64,000 bases of DNA from Myxococcales bacterium (GTDB lineage: Bacteria; Myxococcota_A; Polyangia; Polyangiales; Polyangiaceae): assembly GCA_012514535.1 (NCBI GenBank), contig JAAZAA010000056.1:3932-67931 (forward strand). Direction: 5' to 3'. The notes under the pieces were generated by a model. The model did not search any database. It saw only the letters and a list, made by a program, of their open reading frames with translations, and had not been told where the DNA came from. This document shows, piece by piece, positions 16,352-25,273 of the stretch; the first letter of the stretch is position 1, and every line of letters starts with the position of its first letter. The position numbers and the translations under genes were made by a program.

Positions 16352-17434
16352 ATGAAGTCCCACGACGACCACCCCTTCATCGCCATCTGGGAGACGACCC
16401 AGGCCTGCGATCTGAGCTGCAAACACTGCCGCGCCGAGGCGCGCCCGGAGCGCGACGCCGGTGAGCTCGACACCGCCGAGGGGAAGCGGCTCCTCGAGTC
16501 CTTCGCCGCGGCGCGGGTGCCGCTGGTCGTGCTGACGGGCGGCGATCCCGCCAAGCGCCCCGACCTCGTCGAGCTGGTGGCCTACGGTCACTCCCTCGGC
16601 CTGGCCATGGGGCTCACCCCCTCCGCCACCCCCCTGGTGACCCCCGAGCTCGTCGGCGACCTCGCGCGGGCGGGGCTCGCGCGCCTCGCCATCAGCATCG
16701 ACGGACCGAACGCCGAGATCCACGACTCCTTCCGGGGCATGGCCGGCGGCTTCGACTGCGCCCTGTCGATCCTGGAGGCGGCCCGGCGCCACTCCCTGCC
16801 GACGCAGATCAACACCTCGATCTACACGAGCAACCAGGGCTGCCTGCCGGAGCTCGTGGGCTTCGTCCGGCAGCAGCGCTGCACCCTCTGGAGCGTGTTC
16901 TTCGTCGTCCCCACCGGCCGCGCCAGCTGGCGCATGGAGCTGTCCGACGACGAGGTGGAGGCGGCGCTCGAGCTGCTGGCGGACGCCGCGGAGCGTGAGC
17001 CCTTCGCCATCAAGACGACCGCGGCGCCCCAGTATCGCCGCCTGTTGCTGCAGCGGGGTCGGGGCAAGTCCCACGGGGCCCGCGGGATCGCCGGGCTCGA
17101 CGTGAACGAGGGGCGCGGCTTCATGTTCGTCTCCCACCGGGGCGACGTGTTCCCGAGTGGCTTCCTCCCCGTCGCTTGCGGCAACGTTCGCCACACCGAT
17201 CCCGTGACCATCTACCGTGAGAGCCCGGTGTTCCGGTCGCTCCGCGATCCCGGCGCCCTCCAAGGCAAGTGCGGCGTATGTCAGTACAAGAAGGTGTGCG
17301 GCGGCTCACGGGCGCGCGCCTACGCCCACTCGGGCAACGTGCTCGCCTCCGATCCCGCCTGCGCCTACGTCCCCCCCGGCTACGTGGGGCCCCCTCCGAG
17401 CGCGCGTCCGCGCAGGCTCGAGGTGCTCGCATGA
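16352..17434 (+). CDS. Radical SAM / SPASM-domain enzyme (NirJ/AhbD-like)
   Basis: CX3CX2C motif in IWETTQACDLSCKHCRAE. GGDP SAM-binding strand. C-terminal SPASM Cys motif GKCGVCQYKKVCGGSRARAY...DPACAY. The start lies 4 nt after the nnrS stop. Confidence 0.85.
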   Translation: MKSHDDHPFIAIWETTQACDLSCKHCRAEARPERDAGELDTAEGKRLLESFAAARVPLVVLTGGDPAKRPDLVELVAYGHSLGLAMGLTPSATPLVTPELVGDLARAGLARLAISIDGPNAEIHDSFRGMAGGFDCALSILEAARRHSLPTQINTSIYTSNQGCLPELVGFVRQQRCTLWSVFFVVPTGRASWRMELSDDEVEAALELLADAAEREPFAIKTTAAPQYRRLLLQRGRGKSHGARGIAGLDVNEGRGFMFVSHRGDVFPSGFLPVACGNVRHTDPVTIYRESPVFRSLRDPGALQGKCGVCQYKKVCGGSRARAYAHSGNVLASDPACAYVPPGYVGPPPSARPRRLEVLA

Positions 17435-17486
17435 CTCTCCTCGCGGTCTCGCCGCCAGCACCTCTGCAGTGAAGGAACTCTCTCGA

Positions 17487-18941
17487 ATGCTCGAAGCACA
17501 CGACCTGCCCACGATCATCCAGGGCGGCATGGGAATCGGCGTCTCCGACTGGCGCTTGGCGCGCAGCGTGTCGATCCAGGGCGGCCTCGGCGTGGTCTCT
17601 GGCACGGCCATCGACACCGTCCTGGTGCGACGCCTCCAGCTGGGGGACGAGGGGGGGCACGTGCGCCGCGCCCTGGCCGCCTTCCCGGACCAGCGCGCCG
17701 CCGAGCGACTCCTGAAGCGCTACTACGTCGAAGGAGGGATCCCCCCGGATGCGCCCTTCCAGCCGCTCCCCCTGCCGAAACAGCGCATGAACCGCGCTCG
17801 CCTGCAGGTCTTCGTCCTGGCGAACTTCGTCGAGGTGTTCCTCGCCAAGGAGGGACACGACGGCCCGATCGGGATCAACTATCTGGAGAAGATCCAGCTC
17901 CCGACCCTGCCGTCCCTCTACGGGGCCTTGCTCGCCGGAGTGGACGTGATCCTCATGGGGGCAGGCATCCCCGCCTCGATCCCCGGGATCATCGCGGGGC
18001 TGCTCGCGGGCGAGCGCGTGGAGCTGAAGCTGCAGGTGGAAGGCCACCGCACCCCCGAGGGGTTCACGACCACCTTCGCCCACGAGGACGCCTTCGACGA
18101 GGACCTGCTCGCCGCCCGTCGCGACGGCGCCCGATCCCGACGGCCCCTTTTCCTGCCCATCATCTCCTCACACATCCTCGCGAAGACCCTCACGAAGAAG
18201 GCGAACGGCAAGGTCGACGGCTTCGTCGTCGAGAGCCACGTCGCCGGCGGACACAACGCGCCTCCGCGCAAGTCCCGGACCTCGGACGGCGGCGGATGGG
18301 GAGCCCTCGATGCACCCGACCTCGACGTGCTCCGGGGCCTCGAGCTGCCCTTCTGGCTGGCAGGGGGGCGCGCGTCGGCGGCGGCATACCAGGAGGCGCG
18401 GCGCCTGGGTGCCCACGGCATCCAGGTGGGGACCGCCTTCGCCTTCTGCGAGGAGTCCGGGATCCCCCTCGACGTGAAACGACGGACCATCGCGAGCTGC
18501 CGCCGGGGCACCCTCCACGTGGTGACCGACTTCGAGGCGTCGCCGACAGGCTATCCCTTCAAGCTGGTCCTCGACGACGACGAACCTCGAGCCCTCCAGG
18601 ACCTCCGGGATCGGACCCGGGTCTGCGACCTCGGCTACCTGCGCCAGAACTACGTCGACGAGCACGGGCGCCTCGGCTATCGCTGCCCGGGAGAACCCAA
18701 GGACACGTACGTGGCGAAGGGCGGCGCCCTCGAGGCGACCCACAACAAGCTCTGCCTCTGCAACGGCCTGCTCGCCACGGTGGGGCTCGGTCAGCGCCGT
18801 GACCACGTTCCGGAGCTCCCCATCTATACGGCCGGCGAAGGGATCGAGAGCATCCTCGAGTTCCTCGGCCCGGGGCGCGACTCCTACACCGCTGGCGACG
18901 TCCTGAAACATTTGCGCGCCGAACGGGCTCCCGGCTCCTGA
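17487..18941 (+). CDS. Nitronate monooxygenase / 2-nitropropane dioxygenase-family FMN oxidoreductase (long form)
   Basis: MLEAHDLPTIIQGGMGIGVSDWRLARSVS...GVVSGT, then VVESHVAGGHN and GIQVGTAF, a TIM-barrel FMN signature. ATG 17487 is preferred over ORF-track 17217. Confidence 0.8.
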   Translation: MLEAHDLPTIIQGGMGIGVSDWRLARSVSIQGGLGVVSGTAIDTVLVRRLQLGDEGGHVRRALAAFPDQRAAERLLKRYYVEGGIPPDAPFQPLPLPKQRMNRARLQVFVLANFVEVFLAKEGHDGPIGINYLEKIQLPTLPSLYGALLAGVDVILMGAGIPASIPGIIAGLLAGERVELKLQVEGHRTPEGFTTTFAHEDAFDEDLLAARRDGARSRRPLFLPIISSHILAKTLTKKANGKVDGFVVESHVAGGHNAPPRKSRTSDGGGWGALDAPDLDVLRGLELPFWLAGGRASAAAYQEARRLGAHGIQVGTAFAFCEESGIPLDVKRRTIASCRRGTLHVVTDFEASPTGYPFKLVLDDDEPRALQDLRDRTRVCDLGYLRQNYVDEHGRLGYRCPGEPKDTYVAKGGALEATHNKLCLCNGLLATVGLGQRRDHVPELPIYTAGEGIESILEFLGPGRDSYTAGDVLKHLRAERAPGS

Positions 18942-18957
18942 GCGCTCGAACTCCAGC

Positions 18958-18980
18958 GCCCAGCCCCCTAAGCGCTGGGC
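18958..18980. terminator. Hairpin after the nnrS operon
   Basis: GCCCAGC (18958-18964), 9-nt loop, GCTGGGC (18974-18980), 17 nt after the stop codon. No U-tract. Confidence 0.35.
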
Positions 18981-19011
18981 CTACCCCACTCCTCCATTGT
19001 AGCCTCTCCCC

Positions 19012-20040
19012 ATGGCCATCGCGCCGCCCGCCGACTCGCCGCTCCTGGACGCTCGCGGTCGTCCGCTCCGGGACCTGCGCGTCAGCGTGACGGACCGGTG
19101 CAACTTTCGGTGCGGCTACTGCATGCCGCGGGCTCACTTCGACGAGAACTTCCGGTTCTTGCCCCATTCGGCGCTCCTGAGCTTCGAGGAGATCGCCCGC
19201 GTGGCGCGGCTGTTCGTCGCGATGGGCGTCGAGAAGGTGCGCCTCACGGGGGGAGAGCCCCTGCTGCGGCGACACCTCGAGCGGCTCGTCGAGCTCCTCG
19301 CGCGGAACGAGGGGCTCGATCTCGCCCTCACCACGAATGGCGCGCTCCTGGCGGAGAAGGCCCCAGCGCTCGCGGCGGCGGGTCTGCGGCGGGTCACGGT
19401 GAGCCTCGACTCCCTCGAGGACGAGCGCTTTCGCCAGCTCACCGACAGCGCCGTGTCCGTCGATCGCATCCTCCACGGCATCGAGGTGGCCGCTCGCGCG
19501 GGGCTCGGTCCCCTGAAGATCAACACCGTCGTGCGACGGGGCGTGAACGACCACGAGGTGGTCACGATCGCGGAGCACTTCCGGGGCACGGGGCACGTCG
19601 TGCGCTTCATCGAGTTCATGGACGTCGGCACCACCAACCACTGGAACCGCGCCGAGGTGGTCACCGGCGCGGAGATCGTGGCTCGCATCGACGCCCGCTT
19701 CCCCCTCGAGCCCCTCGAGCCGGAGCGGCCCGGAGAGGTCGCCCGGCGCTACCGCTACGCCGACGGCGCGGGAGAGATCGGCGTCATCACGAGCGTCAGC
19801 GCGCCCTTCTGCGGGGACTGCAGCCGAGCCCGCCTGAGCTCCGAGGGGCGCCTGTTCACCTGCCTGTTCGCGACGCGGGGCACCGACCTGAGGGCCCTCG
19901 TCCGGCAAGACACGGACGACGGCGCGCTCCGGGAGGCCATCCGCTCCGCCTGGCGCGGGCGCGACGATCGTTACTCCGAGCTCCGCAACGACGGCAAGCG
20001 ACACCTACCGCGCATCGAGATGTCGTACATCGGCGGCTGA
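19012..20040 (+). CDS. moaA: GTP 3',8-cyclase MoaA (molybdenum cofactor biosynthesis)
   Basis: [18 protein letters not shown] radical-SAM motif, LTGGEPLLR, and C-terminal auxiliary cluster [20 protein letters not shown]. Confidence 0.95.
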   Translation: MAIAPPADSPLLDARGRPLRDLRVSVTDRCNFRCGYCMPRAHFDENFRFLPHSALLSFEEIARVARLFVAMGVEKVRLTGGEPLLRRHLERLVELLARNEGLDLALTTNGALLAEKAPALAAAGLRRVTVSLDSLEDERFRQLTDSAVSVDRILHGIEVAARAGLGPLKINTVVRRGVNDHEVVTIAEHFRGTGHVVRFIEFMDVGTTNHWNRAEVVTGAEIVARIDARFPLEPLEPERPGEVARRYRYADGAGEIGVITSVSAPFCGDCSRARLSSEGRLFTCLFATRGTDLRALVRQDTDDGALREAIRSAWRGRDDRYSELRNDGKRHLPRIEMSYIGG

Positions 20041-20051
20041 GCCTCGCCTCC

Positions 20052-20795
20052 ATGAGCGATTCCCTCGTGCTCCTCAGCTCCGGCGCCTTCTTCGTCGTCG
20101 CGTTCCTCTACGCGTCCGTCGGCCACGCGGGGGCTTCGGGCTACCTGGCGGTCATGGCGCTGCTCTCCCACGCCCCCGAGACCATCAAGCCCATCTCGCT
20201 GCTCATGAACTGCGTCGTGGCGACGATCGCGTCCGTCGCCTTCATCCGGGCCGGGCACTTCGACGGGCGCGTGCTGCTCCCCTTCGCCGTCACGTCGATT
20301 CCGCTCGCGTTCCTCGGCGGCACCCTCCGGCTCGATCCGGCCCTGTTCCGCACCTTCGCGGGCGTGTTCCTCCTGGGCGCCAGCCTCCTCCTCTTCTTGC
20401 GGGAGCACCTCCGCCCCCGCGACGAGCCCCGCCCGGTGCGACTCCCCCTCGCGCTCACCCTCGGCGCGGGCATCGGCGTCGTCTCGGGCATGCTGGGCGT
20501 CGGGGGCGGCATCTTTCTCACCCCGTTGCTCATCGTCCTGGGCTGGGCCCCCGTGAAGACCGCCGCCGGGGTCTCGGCCCTGTTCATCCTCTGCAACTCG
20601 CTGATGGGCCTCCTCGGCCACGTCAGCGAGTTCGCGGAGCTCCCGCTGGCGACGCTGCCCTTCTGCGGCGCCGCCCTCGCCGGGGGCTACCTCGGGGCCC
20701 ACCTCGGCGCGACCCGCCTGGACCCCCGCGTCGTGCATTGGATCCTGCGGATCGTGCTGCTCGGCGCCGGCCTGAAGTTCCTGCTGGTTCGGTGA
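20052..20795 (+). CDS. TauE/SafE (DUF81) family anion exporter
   Basis: 247 aa with ~8 TM helices. Duplicated motif SVGHAGASGY / GMLGVGGGIFLTPLL. Taken from an internal ATG of the longer ORF-track frame. Confidence 0.8.
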   Translation: MSDSLVLLSSGAFFVVAFLYASVGHAGASGYLAVMALLSHAPETIKPISLLMNCVVATIASVAFIRAGHFDGRVLLPFAVTSIPLAFLGGTLRLDPALFRTFAGVFLLGASLLLFLREHLRPRDEPRPVRLPLALTLGAGIGVVSGMLGVGGGIFLTPLLIVLGWAPVKTAAGVSALFILCNSLMGLLGHVSEFAELPLATLPFCGAALAGGYLGAHLGATRLDPRVVHWILRIVLLGAGLKFLLVR

Positions 20796-20816
20796 GCGTT
20801 CGGTGAGCGCTCGGCG

Positions 20817-22277
20817 TCACTCCCGCGGGCGCACCTCGAGCACCGCCATCATGCCCAGCTTCGCGTGGTCCAGGATGTGACAGTGGAACATCCACAGGCC
20901 CGGCCGGTCATCGTAGGTGACGACGAAGCGCAGGGTCTCGCGGGGTGGGACGTTCACCGAGTCCTTCATCTCGCGGACGGGCCACGGCCGCCCCCCCACC
21001 TCGAGGACCTCGAAGGAGAACCCATGGAGATGAAACGGGTGGGCATAGTCCGTGTCGTTCAGGACCTCCCACACCTCCGTGTCACCGACGTAGGCGACGT
21101 GGGGTGTCTCGTGGTGGTGCATGGAGTCCTGGTGGACCTCGCCGTTGATCGAGAGGTGCGGGACCCCGTCCAGGGCCTGCTCTCCGAGCACGATCTGACG
21201 AGTGGGCAGCCCGGCCAGGTCGAGGGGAGGAAACTCCCGGAGCGTCTCGGGCACGCGCGCGGCTCCCGCCCCGCCCGCCTCGACCTCGACGTCGAAGAGC
21301 GGCTGATCGAGCTCCAGCACGCCGAGGTTGAACCGATCCGGATCCTGCGCGACCACCTCGAGCGCCCCCGCCGCGGACTCCGGGAAGGAGACCAACACCT
21401 CCGCTCGCTCGGAGGTGGCAAGCAGCAGCTCGCTGAAGGTCTGTGGGCTCTCGATAAGTCCCCCGTCCCCGCCAATGCGGATCAGATCCGTGTCGGGGAC
21501 GGCCATCTTGAAGAAGCGCGCGCGGGCCGCGTTGATGACGCGCCAGCGCTGAGGCAAGCCCGTGCGTGCCCGTAGCTTCGGCTGCACCTGGCCGTTGACG
21601 AGCAGGACCGAACCTTCCCGTCCGAAGTAGTCCCCGAACCACTCGGTGGCGTCCCCGGGCTGCAGCTGCCCCTCCTCATCGAGGGACATGTCGCTGAGGA
21701 CGAGGACCAGCTCCTCCGCGTCGATGGGGTCGTCGGGATCTTCGACCACGATCGGGCCGTAGAGGCCGTAGCCGACCTGAGCCGACGAGTCGATGTGGGG
21801 GTGGTACCAGAACGTGCCCGCATCCAGCAGCTCGAAGTCGTAGGTGAAGCTCTCCCCGGGCTCGACGGGATCCTGCACCGCGTGGGTCCCGTCCATGGTC
21901 GCGGGCACCCGCACCCCATGCCAGTGCACGGTGGTCGGGTCGGGCAGGTGGTTGGTGAAGTGGACGATCAGCCGGTCCCCCTTCTTGGCGCGCAGCAGGG
22001 GCCCGGGGATGGATCCGTTGTAACTCCAGACCTCCGTCAGCACGCCGGGGAGGATCTCGAGCTCCGCGAGCCGCGCCTCGATCTTCACCTCGAGCACGTT
22101 CGGATCGGGGTTGAGATCCTCCGCCACCACGGGAGCGATCTCCGCATCCCAATCGGGGGGCTGGGCGGCCCAATCCTCCTCCTCGCTCGCAGGTCCACAC
22201 GCGCTCGCCAGAGGCAGCAGCGCCAGCCAGAGCAGGCCGGAGCCCGGCAGCACTCGAGACACTTCCTGAACGTTCAC
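20817..22277 (-). CDS. Multicopper oxidase (laccase/CueO-like), predicted lipoprotein
   Basis: Copper motifs HWHGVRV, HPFHLHGFSF and WMFHCHILDHAKLGMM. In-frame GTG 22277 gives (M)NVQEVSRVLPGSGLLWLALLPLASAC, a lipobox. The ORF-track start 22337 would place a strong sigma-54-like motif inside the CDS. Confidence 0.85.
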   Translation of the reverse strand: MNVQEVSRVLPGSGLLWLALLPLASACGPASEEEDWAAQPPDWDAEIAPVVAEDLNPDPNVLEVKIEARLAELEILPGVLTEVWSYNGSIPGPLLRAKKGDRLIVHFTNHLPDPTTVHWHGVRVPATMDGTHAVQDPVEPGESFTYDFELLDAGTFWYHPHIDSSAQVGYGLYGPIVVEDPDDPIDAEELVLVLSDMSLDEEGQLQPGDATEWFGDYFGREGSVLLVNGQVQPKLRARTGLPQRWRVINAARARFFKMAVPDTDLIRIGGDGGLIESPQTFSELLLATSERAEVLVSFPESAAGALEVVAQDPDRFNLGVLELDQPLFDVEVEAGGAGAARVPETLREFPPLDLAGLPTRQIVLGEQALDGVPHLSINGEVHQDSMHHHETPHVAYVGDTEVWEVLNDTDYAHPFHLHGFSFEVLEVGGRPWPVREMKDSVNVPPRETLRFVVTYDDRPGLWMFHCHILDHAKLGMMAVLEVRPRE

Positions 22278-22289
22278 GGCGGCTCTTCT

Positions 22290-22305
22290 TGCAGGGTACA
22301 TGCCA
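22290..22305 (-). promoter_or_regulatory. sigma-54-type -24/-12 promoter-like motif in front of the multicopper oxidase
   Basis: Minus strand reads tTGGCAT-GTACC-CTGCAa. GTG 22277 lies 14 nt after the -12 C (22291). Confidence 0.55.
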
Positions 22306-22423
22306 ATACGAGCTCCCCCGCTCGGTCCCCCGGGCACCTCCCTTTGGGCTCGCCGGCCTCACGCACGCGCAACACCTGCGCGCTCTTGCGCCACCCCCAC
22401 GCAGATCCTGCGGCCCCTGTTCA

Positions 22424-22439
22424 TGGCCCGGATATTGCC
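22424..22439 (+). promoter_or_regulatory. sigma-54-type -24/-12 promoter-like motif in front of the cupin gene
   Basis: aTGGCCC-GGATA-TTGCCc. The cupin ATG 22484 lies 46 nt after the -12 C and is preceded by GAGGGAGAAG. Palindrome CGCAGATCCTGCG (22400-22412) lies just upstream. Confidence 0.4.
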
Positions 22440-22483
22440 CCCTCATCTGCGTCGCTGAGCTGGCGATTGCGAGGGAGAAGACC

Positions 22484-22840
22484 ATGCCGAAACCAGAACC
22501 CGTAGACCACGGAGCCATCTTCGACGTCACCGAGCTCGACCAGGAGGTCAGAGCCGAGGCGACCTTCGAGCGCAACGGCTACGCCGCCCGCACGCTCGTG
22601 CGCACGGCGGACCTGCGGATCGTCTTCATCGCCATGAGCGAAGGGAGCCACATCAAAGAGCACGAGGCGAGCGAGACCGCGTCGATCCACGTCGTGAAGG
22701 GTCACGTGCGGGTCGGGCTCGCGGATCGCGCGGCGGACCTGCGCGAGGGACAGCTGCTCGTGCTCGACTCGGGGCTGCGTCACGACGTGGAGGCCGCTGC
22801 CGACAGCGCGTTCCTGCTCACCCTCGGGTGGTCGAAGTAG
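22484..22840 (+). CDS. Cupin-domain protein
   Basis: 118 aa with a beta-barrel pattern (EGSHIKEHEASETASIHVVKGHVRV...LLVLDSGLRHDVEA). GAGGGAGAAG RBS. Confidence 0.65.
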   Translation: MPKPEPVDHGAIFDVTELDQEVRAEATFERNGYAARTLVRTADLRIVFIAMSEGSHIKEHEASETASIHVVKGHVRVGLADRAADLREGQLLVLDSGLRHDVEAAADSAFLLTLGWSK

Positions 22841-22883
22841 TCTGCAGGCGGCCGTCGGCATCGGGGGGACGTTCGACGGTGGA

Positions 22884-23594
22884 TCAGGCGGGGCTCCTCA
22901 CGAACCGCGGCTTGAGCACGTGGTTCTCGAGGTGCACGTGGATGAAGATGTCCGCCTCGAGCTCCCACAGCTCCGAGAACAACGTGCGATAGCTCGTGCA
23001 GGCCCAGTGGGGCAGTGAGAAGTCGTCGCTCGCCGCCCGGATCCGCTCCAGGAGCACGGCAATGTCCGTGTGATCTCCCGTCATCGAGCCCAGCAGGCGA
23101 CGGATCCGAGCTTCGTCCAGGGGCTCCGTCGTCAGCGCGGGGAAGAGCTCCTGCTCCTCTTCGTCGAGGTGCGCCAGCAGGATCTCCGAGAGCTCCTGGA
23201 CCGCGTCGTCGAGCTCTCGAAGCTTCGGGTTGGTGCCCCCGTGCACCCTGGACACCTTCGCGGCGAGCCCCTGCACGAAGGGGAGGCTCTTGCGGAGCGT
23301 GTCATGATGCCGCGCGACGATGTGTTCGACGAGCTCCGCGGTCGGGAGCTCCCGCAGTGACACGTCTTCCACCGACTGGCGCTCGGCGATGGTGCGCCCC
23401 AGCTCGTGAAGCAAGGCGTCCAACTCGACCCCACGTTTCTCCGCCGCTTCGGCGATACTCAGCTCCCCACCGCAACAGAAATCGATACGATGCCTCTGCA
23501 GCACGGCGGCGCAGGCGGAATGTTCGAGCACCAAGCCTGCGACGGTCTGGCGAGGATCCGGCGCCTGGAAGAGGTGCGTGCTTCGCTCTGTCAT
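22884..23594 (-). CDS. ric: Repair-of-iron-centres di-iron protein (RIC / YtfE / ScdA / DnrN / NorA family)
   Basis: N-terminal ScdA_N motif RIDFCCGG and C-terminal hemerythrin-like His/Glu pattern (HIVARHHD, LLAHLDEEEQELFP, HVHLENHVL). ATG 23594 is preferred over ORF-track 23771. Confidence 0.85.
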   Translation of the reverse strand: MTERSTHLFQAPDPRQTVAGLVLEHSACAAVLQRHRIDFCCGGELSIAEAAEKRGVELDALLHELGRTIAERQSVEDVSLRELPTAELVEHIVARHHDTLRKSLPFVQGLAAKVSRVHGGTNPKLRELDDAVQELSEILLAHLDEEEQELFPALTTEPLDEARIRRLLGSMTGDHTDIAVLLERIRAASDDFSLPHWACTSYRTLFSELWELEADIFIHVHLENHVLKPRFVRSPA

Positions 23595-23606
23595 GAGCCC
23601 CTCCTC

Positions 23607-23622
23607 AGCACGCGCCATGCCA
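23607..23622 (-). promoter_or_regulatory. sigma-54-type -24/-12 promoter-like motif in front of ric
   Basis: Minus strand reads cTGGCAT-GGCGC-GTGCTg. ATG 23594 lies 14 nt after the -12 C (23608). The intervening GAGGAGG could alternatively be a Shine-Dalgarno. Confidence 0.45.
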
Positions 23623-23707
23623 GCCGGGCCTCCGACGAGTTCCGGTGCTTTTCGGAGCCAGCGGCCACGCCGCGTCACCCTGGACTCGTTCCAGAGCCGG
23701 TCACAGA

Positions 23708-24712
23708 ATGGAACACGTGGAACGAGCCTCCTCAACCTGCAGCGTCTGTGGCCTGGTCCCCCTGGCGCCACGCCTGAAGGGCGCCACCCACGTGGTGGCG
23801 CGCAGTCCGTCCATGCAGGTGCTCCTCAAACGCGCGGCGCGGTTCGCTCAAAGCGACGCGCCCATCGCGGTCCTCGGGGAGACGGGGACCGGCAAGGAGG
23901 TCGTCGCGCGGGTCGTCCACGCTAACTCACCGCGGGCGCAGCGCCCCTTCGTGGCCGTGAACGTGGCCGCGCTGCCGACGGAGCTCCTCGAATCGGAGCT
24001 CTTCGGCCACGGCAAAGGGGCGTTCACGGGGGCCGCCGCCGCCCGGCGCGGGCTCTTCGAGGAGGCGGACGGGGGCACCCTCTTCCTCGACGAGATCGGA
24101 GAGATGTCCCTCCCCCTGCAGGCGAAGCTCCTCCGGGCGCTGCAGGACGGTGAGCTCCGGCGCGTCGGGGAGAACCAGGCGTTCTCCGTCGACGTGCGGG
24201 TGATCTGCGCCACCCACCGGAACCTGCGCGAGCGCGTCATGAACGGGCAGTTCCGGGAGGATCTCTTCTATCGCCTCAAGGTGCTCACGCTCGAGGTGCC
24301 CCCCCTCCGCGAGCGCCGCGAGGACCTCTTGCCGCTGGCACGACACTTCCTCACCCGGGAGAACACCAGCGCCATCGGGTTCGCCGCCGCCGCCGCGGAG
24401 CGGATGCTCGGTTACGCCTGGCCCGGCAACGTCCGGGAGCTCGAGAACGTCGTCAAGCATGGGGCCGCCCTCGCGAGCGGCCAGGAGATCGTCGTCGCCG
24501 ACCTCCCCGAGGAGTTGCTCCAGGATCGCCCTCCGCCCAGCGGTCCCACCGCGCCGACCAACCCATTCCGCACCCTCGCCGAGGTCGAGCGGGAGCACAT
24601 CCTCCGCGTGCTCGACGCCTGCGGGGGCTCCCAGTCCGAGGCGGCTCGGGTCCTCGGGGTCGCGCGGAACACCCTCTGGCGAAAGCTACGCAACCCCGAG
24701 CCAGCGGCATGA
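23708..24712 (+). CDS. sigma-54-dependent enhancer-binding protein consisting only of AAA+ core and C-terminal Fis-type HTH (no receiver/GAF/PAS domain)
   Basis: Walker A GETGTGKE, sigma-54 contact loop GAFTGA, Walker B LFLDEIGE, R-finger region, C-terminal HTH SQSEAARVLGVARNTLWRKL. Only ~35 aa precede the AAA+ core, and they contain CSVCG. Confidence 0.9.
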   Translation: MEHVERASSTCSVCGLVPLAPRLKGATHVVARSPSMQVLLKRAARFAQSDAPIAVLGETGTGKEVVARVVHANSPRAQRPFVAVNVAALPTELLESELFGHGKGAFTGAAAARRGLFEEADGGTLFLDEIGEMSLPLQAKLLRALQDGELRRVGENQAFSVDVRVICATHRNLRERVMNGQFREDLFYRLKVLTLEVPPLRERREDLLPLARHFLTRENTSAIGFAAAAAERMLGYAWPGNVRELENVVKHGAALASGQEIVVADLPEELLQDRPPPSGPTAPTNPFRTLAEVEREHILRVLDACGGSQSEAARVLGVARNTLWRKLRNPEPAA

Positions 24713-24748
24713 TTCCTGCCCCTGCTCGCCGTCGAGGAGCAAGAACCC

Positions 24749-25267
24749 ATGTTCGTCCAGATCGGCCGCCGCCAGCCCCCCGAGGGGCTCGTCACGTTGT
24801 TCCTCGAGTGCCACGGGCGGATCCGCGCGTTCACGGAGATCGCGCTACGGCTCGGTGAGCAAGAGGACGTGCCCCCCGAGGAGGTCGTCGACGCCTCGGC
24901 GCGCTGTCTGCGGTACTTCACGGAGGCCCTGCCCCTCCACATCGCCGACGAGGAGGAGAGCCTCCTCCCGCTTCTCCGGGGGCGCGAGGCGGCCGTCGAC
25001 GCCGCCCTCGACCTCATGCACGCGCAGCACGAGGCGCACGATCCGCTGCTCGCGGAGCTCGTCGACGCGCTCCGCGAGCGGAGGGGCGCCCCCGAGGCGA
25101 CGAGCGCCCGCGCGCGCCTTGCGACCGCCGCGCGGCGCGCGCAGCCGGAGCTGTTGCTGCACCTGGAGCACGAGGAGCGCGTCCTCTTCCCCGCTGCTCG
25201 ACGGCTCCTGACAGGAGCCGAGGAGCAGGCAGTACTCACCGAGCTGCGCGCGCGTCGTCATCGCTGA
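24749..25267 (+). CDS. Hemerythrin (HHE) domain protein, Hr-2, immediately downstream of the EBP
   Basis: LFLECHGRIRAF, LPLHIADEEESLLP, MHAQHEAHD, LLHLEHEERVLFP. Starts 36 nt after the EBP stop on the same strand. Confidence 0.75.
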   Translation: MFVQIGRRQPPEGLVTLFLECHGRIRAFTEIALRLGEQEDVPPEEVVDASARCLRYFTEALPLHIADEEESLLPLLRGREAAVDAALDLMHAQHEAHDPLLAELVDALRERRGAPEATSARARLATAARRAQPELLLHLEHEERVLFPAARRLLTGAEEQAVLTELRARRHR

Positions 25268-25273
25268 AGCTAT

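Noticed and set aside
20817-22337. The multicopper protein could be a copper nitrite reductase (NirK), given the nitrogen-oxide context
   Set aside because: Its length (~487 aa) and the HWHG / HPFHLHGF / HCHILDHAKLGM motif set fit three-domain laccase/CueO-type oxidases rather than two-domain trimeric NirK.
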